NCBI RefSeq assembly: GCF_006345805.1
Contig: NC_043018.1
Location: 14,074,001 to 14,138,000 of the forward strand
Direction: 5' to 3'
DNA from: Octopus sinensis
Lineage: Eukaryota
DNA: 64,000 nt
Both the position numbers and the translations under genes were made by a program. The notes beneath the pieces were generated by a model, which made no database searches, had not been told where the DNA came from, and saw only the letters and a list, made by a program, of their open reading frames with translations. The first letter of the stretch is position 1; every line of letters starts with the position of its first letter. Positions 40,953 to 52,288 of this stretch are shown here, one piece after another.

Positions 40953-41743
40953 TTGCCAGACCTAAATAAAGCGGAAGTACATTTGGGCCTTTGTAAATCC
41001 TGAGAAATCGGTGACAAAGATGGAGTTGATGTCACTGTGATATGGCTAAGGAGATGAATATGAATGAAACAAGTGGATGAAGTAAATGATTCAGCTTCTA
41101 CACTGGTAATTTCGGTAAGGAATTGTTTAAAGAGCCACGAGAAATTCCGAATATTGGTCTAATTCAAAGTTTTTCCCGTTAGAGAACTAAATCATATTAT
41201 GTTCGTGAGAGATTTCCACCTTGTTAAGTAACCACGTAGCAATGATCAAACGGTTTGTAGACACGAATTGGCCGTTTCCCAGTGCATAGTATTTGTATCG
41301 AATGTTTTCGTGCAATGAAGTTCTGATAGTTTTGTCCAAGTTCTTTGGCGATGGTTGTCGTTGGTTTTTCCAAGATCATCATCAATAATGTTTTGAAACT
41401 GTGCATAAAGTATAGTATCGCCAGAGAATCAGAACGTCGAGAAAATTTTTGTCTCTTTGATGCAGTGAAAACAATCCCACCAGAGACTTCCAATTCCAAC
41501 TGAACTTTGTGTACGAAACAACTTGCAGCATTTAGAAAGTTGGCAATTCTTCAATTGTTGTGTACTGTACGTATGACAACAACGAGAGCTTGTCTTTTTA
41601 TTTCTTCTGTTCGTATTTCATCTGCCAAAGTGGATCTGAAAGAAATGAAAGACTTTTAATTATACCGATATTTAAGTATCATACTGATATTGCACCGTGT
41701 GACACATACATACACACCAACTCATATACACATACACACACAG

Positions 41744-41777
<34 letters not shown>

Positions 41778-42406
41778 GTATGTGATAGAAGACAGAGGTA
41801 GAAGACATCCAGTCCTTAGAACGTCCGTGCAGAAAAAGAAAGATGGCCACATGTGAAGAATGAGAGATAGAAAAATGGAAAGAGGGGGGGGAGAAAGAGA
41901 GACAGGTAGAAAACGGTGAATGGGAGAAAAAGGGAATTAGAGATTTCTATCTTTTCTCTTTTCAAAGAAGATATTTCTTCCAGGGTTCAATATCTTTCCC
42001 CTCGTTCTCGTCTAACGACGCCCCATGTTCGCTTTCGTTCGATTCCCTTGTCTCTTTCCACTGTCCTGTTTTTGTTCTCAACTTTAACCCTCCAAAAAAT
42101 CCCAAATTTATTTTGGAAGTTATGGGAGCTACTATATTCGAAGACTCATATTGTCGTTGAATGCTCGAAATGAGGAGTACATAGACAGCCCAAAACTGAT
42201 GAAGGGTCGTTCTTTGTGTTGTGCTGTTTTCTATTACTTGTTCTCGTTGTTTGCATATTTAACTCGCTTGTTTTCGTATTTCATGTTGTTTACAGTTGGT
42301 GACGTCCTTTATCCATATATATTATTTATATCATTATTCGATTGAACGCCACGCAGCCATCCCCAAGTAATTTATCATATATACATATACACACATATAT
42401 ATGCAT

Positions 42407-42456
<50 letters not shown>

Positions 42457-42829
42457 GTGCATATATACCACACATATATATATATATATACATATATTAT
42501 TATATACATATATATTATATACATATATTTACATATATATATATACATTCATATATACATATATATATGCACCTGTATGTATATATATATATATATTGTA
42601 TGTATGTGTGTGTGTGTGGTGTGTGTGTGTGTGTATTTATATATCAGAAATGGAAAGAAAAACAATTAATTGAACAATTAAAATAATCATTAAATGATAA
42701 ATTCAATTTAATTATTTTGTACAAACAAATAACACATCTCATAAATTATGATCCTATCCATTAATTATATATGGAGAAACATACATAAATGTCTGTATGT
42801 ATGTTCAGCCAAATAGACAGTTTTTGTGT

Positions 42830-43050
42830 CCGCTATTACTGGGAGTGGCGTCGGGGGTGGGGCACTCAGGCGCTTCTTCCATAGGGTCCTAGTATAAGCA
42901 ACCGTCATTATACTCTCCAGTTGGATACTCAAGCGTGACCAAGTGAGACTATGGATATTATCCAAGCATCTCGTTCTTTGTCTAGCCCTAGGTTTCTTGC
43001 TCGTTACCTCAGTTTGAGAAATCCGTCGTGCGGTTCCTTCCTGCAACATT
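42830..43050 (-). mobile_element. RTE-clade LINE 3' fragment
   Basis: ORF 42765-43049 MLQEGTARRISQTEVTSKKPRARQRTRCLDNIHSLTWSRL. Confidence 0.78.
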
Positions 43051-43454
43051 CTAATTAAGCGTCCGCAGAACTGAATTAATGTGGGTTTTTATCCTATATT
43101 AGAAGTAAATCTATATACATATATATATATACATATATACATGAGTAGAGTAGTTGTACGAATTTAGCGTCTATCTTCAGCATATAGGCACAGAAGCCTT
43201 TGTACCTTTAATTACAATTGTATTTTATACTATTATAAATTTCTATATATGAATTTACCTAATTAGGTCTACCTCATTTGCTGGCCACTGATAAAATTTT
43301 TTATCATTTTTATCCTTTAATTACATTTAAATATATTCCATTCACTTCCGTACTATATTGACCAAATACACGTGCTGAGGTGGACTACGAAATTCGATGC
43401 CTCTATATTTGTGACATGCGCAAACGCTTTTGCTTGTGCTTTTCTGTGGGTGTC

Positions 43455-43879
43455 TTTTACACTTTTATTCTTTTATTCTTTTTAGTCATTTGACTGCAGC
43501 CATGCTGGAGCACCGCCTTTAGTCGAACAAATCTACCCCAGGACTTATTCTTTGGAAGCCTAGTACTTAATCTATGTGTCTCTTTTGCCGAACCGCTAAG
43601 TTACGAGGACGTAAACACTCCAACATTGGTTGTCAAGCGATGTTGATGGGGGGGGGCAAACACAGACACACAAACGTATACACACACATATACATAAATA
43701 AATATACATATGTACGACGGGCTTCTTTCAGTTTCCGTCTACCAAATCCACTCACAAGGCTTTGGTCGGACCGAGGCTATAGTAGAAGACACTCGCCCAA
43801 AGTTTCACGCAGTGGGACTGAACCCGGAACCATGTGGTTCGTAAGCAAGCTTCTTACCACACAGCCACTCCTACGCCTA
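43455..43879 (-). mobile_element. SINE family A, full length
   Basis: Head AGGCGTAGGAGTGGCTGTGTGG through tail. Confidence 0.92.
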
Positions 43880-44399
43880 TGTGTATAAATATTTCATTTA
43901 TTTCGCTCAGTATATTTTGCTGATGGAGGACAAGTTATCGACCTAATCCAGAAACTGGTCAAACCAAAACTACCTGAATTATTTTTCAACTTTTGTCAGT
44001 CTGCTTCCTCGCTTTCAATATGAATAAATTATAAAGTGATGATTTATAGAGGTGTTGGACGGATTTAGCGTTTATCTTCAGTATATAGACACACAAGCAT
44101 CTGTGTCCTTATAATTGCATTTTATACTATTATAAATCTCTATAAATGAATTTACCTAGTTAGGTCTATTTTATATGCTGGCAGCTGATGAAATTTTTAA
44201 TGATTTTATCCTTTAATTATATTTGAATATATAGATATTTATAACATTTAATTATATTTGAATATATAAATATATATAACATTTAATTAGAAGATGTGTT
44301 AACCTCATGAAGAGATGGTTTCATCCAAAACAAAACTGATTCAATACTTAGTATTTCGAGTGAATGACTATCCTTAAAACAGTAGGTGTATATAAAGCA

Positions 44400-44860
44400 T
44401 ATAGTTTATCTCCATTTAGAAGAAGAAAAGAAAACGGAGATTACGCCGTTGATAATTGTTTATTATTAACAAGAAATTGGTCATCTTCGCTTCTTACAGC
44501 CATTTCAATTAATACTCAGTAATTTAGCTACAAATTTATGCATTAAATTTACATTTATGTGACCTGAGTATACTTTCATCAGAGGAAAAAAAGATGTACC
44601 TTGAGATGTTATATGCGGGCTGAAATGAATTGACAAGCCCACATATAACAACATCCAAAGTACATGTTTATCCTCTGATGAAATTATACTCATGTCACAT
44701 AAATGTAAATTTAATATACAAATTAGTAATTAAATTATTGAGTATTAATTGAAACGATTGTAAGAAGCGAAGATGACCAATTTACTGTTAATAATAAACA
44801 ATTATTAACTTCCTAATCTCTATATTTTTCTTTTCTTCTTTTAAATGGATATAAACTATA
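44400..44860. repeat. ~460-bp imperfect palindrome with outward-facing HHR motifs in both arms
   Basis: Arms ~220 bp, 14-nt loop 44622-44635; plus HHR 44671-44766 (CUGAUGA, AAUUAUACUCA/UGAGUAUUAAUU, GAAAC-GAUU-GUA); minus HHR 44491-44586 (CUGAUGA...GAAAU-GGCU-GUA). Confidence 0.88.
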
Positions 44861-44906
44861 GACATGTATATCTATATCTATATATATATTGTATTATATA
44901 TATTAT

Positions 44907-44937
<31 letters not shown>

Positions 44938-45265
44938 CATACACCATACATACACACATACATACAACACACATACACACACATATATATATAGTGATGT
45001 ATATTGTAGTAATTGATTATTTAAAGTCTGTATCTCACATATTGGCATAGAATTTTTTCTTCTGCCCTTATTTATAATTACTCCATTACTCTTTTATTTG
45101 TTTCAGTCATTTGACTGTGGCCATGCTGGAACACCGCCTTTAGTCGAGCAAATGGACCCCAAGACTTATTTAATTTTCTATAGGATGTAATTTTTTTCTG
45201 TATGGTATAATTTAATTTTTTCATTGTTGAGTTGATAAAAGGTGTTTTTTTCTAATTCATATATT

Positions 45266-45324
<59 letters not shown>

Positions 45325-46126
45325 ATGTATGTATGTATGTATGTATGTATGTATGTATGTATGTGTGTTGTGTGTGTGTGCGTGTGTGTGTGTGTGATGT
45401 AAATGTACAAAAAACAAAAGACAGGAACAGACAAGGGAAAAACAAACAAGGTGTATAAGTTTGACGCTCAAGAAAAATGGAACAATCTTTGATGTTTCAA
45501 GGCTTCGATCTTCGACAGAAATAAACGGGGAAAGAAAATGGAACAGCTGTTATTACGCAAGCTCTCCACGCACCTTTTTTTTTTTTTTTTTTTTTTTTTT
45601 GCAATTATGACTGTGATCTTGTTGATTTTTCTCTTCAGTTTAACATTCACCTTCCTGCTAATACTTACTTCCTGTTGTCTTTAAATGTATTCATCACTCC
45701 TAATTTCACCCTTGCATTTTTCTATTTCATCACTTCACTCTATCTAAAGATGCGGTTGTGCCAGGGACATTGGAATTCTTCCTCGCAACGGAGCAATCTA
45801 TTCCACTTCATGAACCGTTTGTACTCACTGTTTACTGCTACAAAACCATTAAAATTCTCAGATTCTCCCGGTCCACTTATGCGTACGGATAAATGTTCAC
45901 AAAGTGGAATAAATAATTTATTTCACTTTCTGGAATCTTTTGTATATGTTATTTGTCAAAGCATTTTATCTGGTTCGCTTTCGTGTATTTAATATATTAT
46001 CAATTAGCTTTCTTTCGGAAAACGAACTGTAATAAACAGAAACGACATAAATATATTTTCCGGTTTGTTTAATTCTCTATATTCAATGATAAAAGCGACT
46101 TTTCACTTCATGATTTTAGTTTATAT

Positions 46127-46157
<31 letters not shown>

Positions 46158-46659
46158 CCATTATTGTTGTTGTTGTTATCATCATCATCATCATCATGAG
46201 CAGTAGGAAGGAGTAGCAGCATTGTTTCGATTTCAAAATGCAGACATTGGAAATACTCAGTCAAGTCAATATATTGAATAGCAGATAAACGCATGCAATT
46301 ATTTTTTGGGTACTTCAGATATAATGGGTAGGAAGGTGAGGATGGCTTTCCATACAGAAACAATTAAAATATATCAAGCTACAATAATATCATACATGCA
46401 TACATAAACGTGTTTTTATGCGAAGTTATATATATAAAAACAATTTAGCATTAAATTGAAGGAGGTGGGAGAGGAGGTAATAGTTTTTAGCAGACTAAAT
46501 ATTTATCAATTTCTTCAGCTGAAAGGCTGACAGTTATTTTGTACTTTTAGATTACTAAACGTCATCAGAGTTTTTATAGAGAGATATTGGCGTGTCAGAG
46601 TTTTTCCTTGGTGATTGGAGTAACGTAAATGAAAATAAGATGTTGTGTAGGCAGAGAGT

Positions 46660-46790
<131 letters not shown>

Positions 46791-46867
46791 TAGCTATCTA
46801 GACGGTTTTTTATAACCTCTAATTCAATTCATCTATCTTTCTGTCTATATGTATATATGTATAAGTA

Positions 46868-46917
<50 letters not shown>

Positions 46918-47634
46918 GCATATGTGTGTTCATGTGTTGGTGCGTGTGTGTATGTGTGTGTGTGTGTATGTATATATATATTATGCATATGTGAGTTCAT
47001 GTGTTGGTGCGTATGTGTATGTGGTGTGTGTGTGTGTGTGTGTGTGAATGTCTTGGTGTATGTTTGTGTTATTTTGCATGTTTTTTTTCTTATCTCGTTT
47101 TGTGTCTTTGGTCAGTAAATGTTATTTTCTATTTGCTTCTATCTAGGAATCAAAGGCAGTGACTACTATTCCCTTCAAACATTGCCTTTGTGACCTGGAC
47201 ATCAATATTTTGAAACTGACCTATTTTCCATTACATTTCAGACACATTCAGCACTGAGTTGCTGAAGCAGAAATATCATTATATCCAATATTCTGCTCAA
47301 TTCCACAGATCTGCTGTCAGTTGTGTGATCTTAACTACTTGAGCATATCACTTGGTGGCTGATCAGAGTGCATCTCTGATCATTAGCAGGGGGAGTGGGG
47401 TAGCATCATAGCCCTATGTTGAGAAGCATACTTTGGGGTTTGAATCAATGTAACAAAAGCAAAGTTTGAAGGAAATATTAGCCATTTTTCAAACTTTCTA
47501 GGAATAAGCAATAAGAACAAACATCGTGTTACATTGTATTTGTCTTTGAAATTCTAAGCCGACAGTTTAAATCTCGGTAAACGGAGAAATTTCCGATGGA
47601 AGTTTTGAAATATTTCAAGGAATCTAAAAGCAAC

Positions 47635-47800
47635 GAGCCGAGAGAATTGTTAGCAGGCTGAACAAAATGCTCAGCGGTATATTGTCCATATTTACATTTT
47701 GAGTTCAAATTCCGCCGCGGTCAACTTTGTGTTTCATCGGATGTGGGGAGTGGGTCGACAGAATAAATACCAGTTGAATACCAGGATCGATGTATTCGAA
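47635..47800 (+). mobile_element. SINE family B, diverged
   Basis: GAGTTCAAATTCCGCCGCGGTCAACTTTG. Confidence 0.65.
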
Positions 47801-48304
47801 AACAATATTCCATGAATTCACCAGCTGTTCCGTGCTTCGCGATTTCATATAACTTCTATTGTATTTGGTTAACATACGCTTGTTCTCTGCTTCCTTGGCA
47901 GCTGCAGCATGAAGCTAGCCATCAGTTAACATTGCTTTTTCTCGCCATATATTTTACTCTCTACTTCAGTTTTGTAATATGTCAAGCAACAAATACAATC
48001 CCATCCACTTCACCGAAATCAACTGCTACGATACAGATGGTTTTGTCTGAAATAGAAATAAATTATTAATAGGAGAAACTGTTCAAAATAATTTCATGAC
48101 ATCTGAGCCTCACTTTAACAATGCTGTAAAAACCATCCCACATTGTTATTGGTTGCAACGAGTTGATGAGGATGATAACAAAAGGCGAACCCTCTCAACG
48201 CAGAAAAACGAAGGAGAACAATGAGAATTTCAATGAAGATTCTTCTGCGGGGAAAATGATAGATTCATTAAAGCAGCTTTAGCTTGTTTTCTCATACTGT
48301 TTGT

Positions 48305-48331
48305 TTGATAATAATTATAATAATAATAATA

Positions 48332-48376
<45 letters not shown>

Positions 48377-48423
48377 TAATGATGATAATAGTAATTATAA
48401 TAATGATGATGATAATAATAATG

Positions 48424-48456
<33 letters not shown>

Positions 48457-48522
48457 GTAATTATAATAATGATGATGATGATAATAATAATAATAATAAT
48501 AATAATAGTAATTATAATAATG

Positions 48523-48570
<48 letters not shown>

Positions 48571-48705
48571 GTAATTATAATAATGATGATGATAATAATA
48601 ATAATAATAATAATAATAATAGTAATTATAATAATGATAATAATAATAATAATAGTAATTATAATAATGATGATGATAATAATAATAATAGTAATTATAA
48701 TAATG

Positions 48706-48738
<33 letters not shown>

Positions 48739-48828
48739 GTAATTATAATAATGATAATAATAATAATGATAATAATAATAATAATAATAATGATGATAGT
48801 AATTATAATAATGATAATAATAATAATG

Positions 48829-48865
<37 letters not shown>

Positions 48866-48885
48866 TAATAATAATTATAATAATG

Positions 48886-48939
<54 letters not shown>

Positions 48940-49012
48940 GTAATAATAATAATAATGATGATGATGATGATGATAATAATAATAACAACAACAACAACAA
49001 TAACAATAATAA
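48305..49012. repeat. ~700-bp compound (ATA/ATG) microsatellite with a recurring ATAGTAATTATAATAATG higher-order unit
   Basis: Direct reading; produces the spurious 241-aa poly-Ile ORF. Confidence 0.95.
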
Positions 49013-49051
49013 TGAGAAGAAGATGAAGAAGAAGAGAAGGAGTAGGAGGAG

Positions 49052-49298
49052 GTCTACGATGAGTCTACGATTTTAAAAATAATTTACCATCATTTTTTCC
49101 ATTTTAATGCATAATTTTTTTAAGGGAAGTAACTCTCTAAAATGTCTACGATGAGTCAACGATTTAAAAAAAAATTTACCATCATATTTTTTCCATTTTT
49201 AATGCATTTTTTTTTGCTATTTTTTGGCTATAACTCTCTAAAAATGCTTTATAGTTATTTCCCTTGCAAACCCGAGCAACGCCGGGTGATACTGCTAG
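49052..49298 (+). mobile_element. Helitron-like 3' end with a 92-bp subterminal tandem duplication
   Basis: Hairpin CCCG-AGCAACGC-CGGG (49271-49286) then CTAG-T (49295-49299); GTCTACGATGAGTC at 49052 and 49144. Confidence 0.75.
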
Positions 49299-49299
49299 T

Positions 49300-49369
<70 letters not shown>

Positions 49370-49943
49370 GCAGGCATGGTGTGTGGTTCGCTTCCCAACC
49401 ACATAGTTCCAGGTTCAGTCTCGGGCAAGTATTTCTGCTATAGCTTCGGGTCGACTAAAGCCTTGTCAGCGGATTTCGTAGACAAAAATTGAAAGGTGTG
49501 TGTGTGTGTACATATGCACACAAACAAACATACACATATACATGTGTGTTGCAAATTGAAGCAAGTTTCAGTGGAGCAGAAACTTCGATATTGAGCCATA
49601 TTTGGAATCGAACGTAACTTTCTCTGGCAAGCTTGCTTGAGGTAACACTGTCGTCGTTGCCAAATTTTCACAAGAAGTTTCGAATCACATCTCGAAGTTA
49701 AAATCATCCAACCGTTTCAACTCCAGTTACGATGTTGCCCTTGGAATGGGCGTCCAGAAGAGATTAGAAGAGAAAGATACGCACAACCAATCAACCGAAA
49801 CACACATATAGCTCACATCTTCCCTCAAGAAGAAATGCTTACATACGTACCTATAATGTACAGATGTTTGTACACAGACACTCTTACATTGATATATATA
49901 TTTATATATATAAATTATATCCATCTTTATAGGTATGTCTATC

Positions 49944-50150
49944 TACATACATTTTTATATATGTATACATATAATCTATCTATTTTAATATATGTATGTA
50001 TATATATATATCTATCTATCTATCTATCCACATACATACATTTTTATATATGTATACATATAATCTATCTATTTTAATATATGTATGTATATATATATAT
50101 CTATCTATCTATCTATCCACATACATACATTTTTACATATGTATACATAT
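49944..50150. repeat. 89-bp tandem repeat (x2.3) built from mixed microsatellites
   Basis: TACATACATTTTTA at 49944, 50033 and 50122. Confidence 0.9.
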
Positions 50151-50284
50151 ATATGCATACGTATTCTCCAGTCTATATTCTTCTAACTACTTTTACTCTT
50201 TATTCTTCTATTTTATTCCTTATAAACTGTGAATTTTATTCCTTGTAAACTGTAAATTCTCTTCGTCTAAAATATTTATACCTT

Positions 50285-50360
50285 GTCTTTGATGACGGAA
50301 TAACCAGTGCTTGGACATATTAACCTACCGCTTAGGTTATCCTAGAAACGGCCGTAAGAC
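50285..50360 (+). ncRNA. Type I hammerhead motif, C3U (U.G wobble at 3:8)
   Basis: GUCU/AGAC helix I; UUGAUGA; AUAACC/GGUUAU helix II; GAAAC; palindromic ACGGCCGU; GUA cut after 50356. Confidence 0.6.
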
Positions 50361-50680
50361 TCCAAATGGAATTATTCTAAATGACTTGGGATACTTGTTC
50401 TGTTTTTGTTTCTTCTCTCTCTAATATAATATATACCTGCTATAACGCAAGCCTAACACGGATCCCTAGATACATCCTTAGGTGTGATCTTGGAACAAAA
50501 CGGTCGACCAACTATAGTACTTACCCAGCGTACCTCTTCGTAGAGATCACAAGCGAACTAAACCCCTCACACTCTCTACCTATGTGTATGTGTGTGTTTA
50601 TTTATATCTGTATAATATATATATGCATTTGTGCCTGTATATATGTATGTGCGTATATCTATATTTCCTATATATACTCT

Positions 50681-51028
50681 TTTGCTCTTTTTTTACTCTT
50701 TTACTTGTTTCAGTCATTTGACTGCAGCCATACTGGAGCACCGCCTTTAGTCGAGCAACTCGACCCCGGGACTTATTCTTTTTGTAAGCCCAGTACTTAT
50801 TCTATCTGTCTCTTTTTGCCGAACCGCTAAGTGTCAGGGACGTAGAAACACAAACACACACACATACATATATATATATACATCAGTTTCCGTCTACCAA
50901 ATCCACTCACAAGGCATTGGTCAGCCCGGGGCTATAGCAGAAGACACTTGCCCAAGATGCCACGCAGTGGGACTGAACCCGGAACCATGTGGTTGGTTAG
51001 CAAGCTACTTACCACACAGCCACTCCTA
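50681..51028 (-). mobile_element. SINE family A with internal deletion
   Basis: Similarity to other copies. Confidence 0.88.
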
Positions 51029-51044
51029 TATATATATGTATATA

Positions 51045-51128
<84 letters not shown>

Positions 51129-51164
51129 ATTATCTATATATATATATAATATATATAATATAAA

Positions 51165-51415
51165 TATTAGAGAGAAAAACCACTATTTGCAAAACAAACA
51201 AGGAAAGACTTAATCAATACATAAAAATTTTAATAAATAGTCAAAAAAACCGCCACTACAATCGTTTCTTGTCTTGATCGACAATCTTCAGGTGGACTTC
51301 CAATAAGTCAGTTTAACGATTGTAGTGGCGGTTTTTTTGACTATTTATTAAAGTTTTTTGTATTGATTAAGTCTTTCCTTGTTTGTTTTGCAAAATAGTG
51401 GTTTTGTCTCTAATA
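51165..51415. repeat. Inverted repeat, ~100-bp arms (~95% identical), 48-nt spacer; PLE pLTR-like
   Basis: 51165-51266 versus 51315-51415; right arm starts inside the HHR (AACGATTGTAGTGG) and continues to ~51490. Confidence 0.92.
51253..51295 (-). ncRNA. Canonical type I minimal hammerhead ribozyme
   Basis: CCAC-CUGAAGA-UUGUC-gaucaa-GACAA-GAAAC-GAUU-GUA-GUGG; covaries with the 39.9 kb copy. Confidence 0.88.
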
Positions 51416-51525
51416 ATATTTTATAATATTTTACTATAAAATTGGATTTAATCCTAAATCTGATTTTTTTCCCTGTAAATTTGGATTATTCACTAAGCCC
51501 TACATTATTATTATATTATATTAGA

Positions 51526-51566
<41 letters not shown>

Positions 51567-51655
51567 CATATATGTATTCATATTTGCATGACTAAACAAA
51601 TACACGCGCTTGTGCGCGGACGCACACGTAGCAACAAACTCATGCACATATACGT

Positions 51656-51990
51656 GGTGGTGACCCCCTTCCGTCAGACACTGACCATGGGTTTGCACCT
51701 AGAGAGTTACCCTCTGAGGCACAAGTCTGGGCAAGGTTGTTTTATGGAAGACCAGCAGTCGCCCATGCATACCGGCCTCCCCTCTCCACGTCACCGATGT
51801 TGTCCAAGGGAAAGGAAAGGGGCCGATACAGCTTGGCACCTGTGACGCGTCGCAACTCATTCTACAGCTGAGTGAACTGGAGCAACGTGAAATAAAAGGT
51901 CTTGCTCAAGAACACAACACGCAGCCCGGTCCAGGATTCGAGCTCACAACCTCACGATCGTAAGCTCGACGCTCTAACCACTGAGCCACG
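51656..51990 (-). mobile_element. SINE family C: tRNA head + CORE-like central domain
   Basis: TGGCTCAGTGGTTAGAGCG...GCTCGAATCC; TGTGTTCTTGAGCAAGAC...TTGCTCCAGTTCACTCAGCTGTA resembles the CORE domain. Confidence 0.75.
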
Positions 51991-52288
51991 TTCATGTATA
52001 TGTCATACTTATATACGTATGTAGGCTTGTACTTTAGAAAACTTTTTCTTGTCTTATAGCAGAAACGTGGAAACAGTCAAGAAAAACAAGCATATGTTGT
52101 TTTCACACCTTCTTTGAAATCGCTTATCAAAACGAAGAGACCTGCTGGCGATTTTGCGAGCGTATCAAGAAAATCGATTCCAAATATAGCGATACAATAA
52201 ACCGGAACGTAATACTGACAATATATGTGTGTATTTGTGTTTGTCTGTTCGTATACACATATATATATATATATATATTATGCATATA

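Noticed and set aside
41224-41499. 91-aa ORF in a unique-looking segment (also 45675-45992)
   Set aside because: No recognisable homology in any frame I translated; a small exon cannot be excluded without RNA-seq
48301-49026. 241-aa ORF (and the many YI/CV/HT-rich ORFs, e.g. 983-1429, 21554-22236, 62676-63401)
   Set aside because: These are translations of microsatellites with no domain motifs
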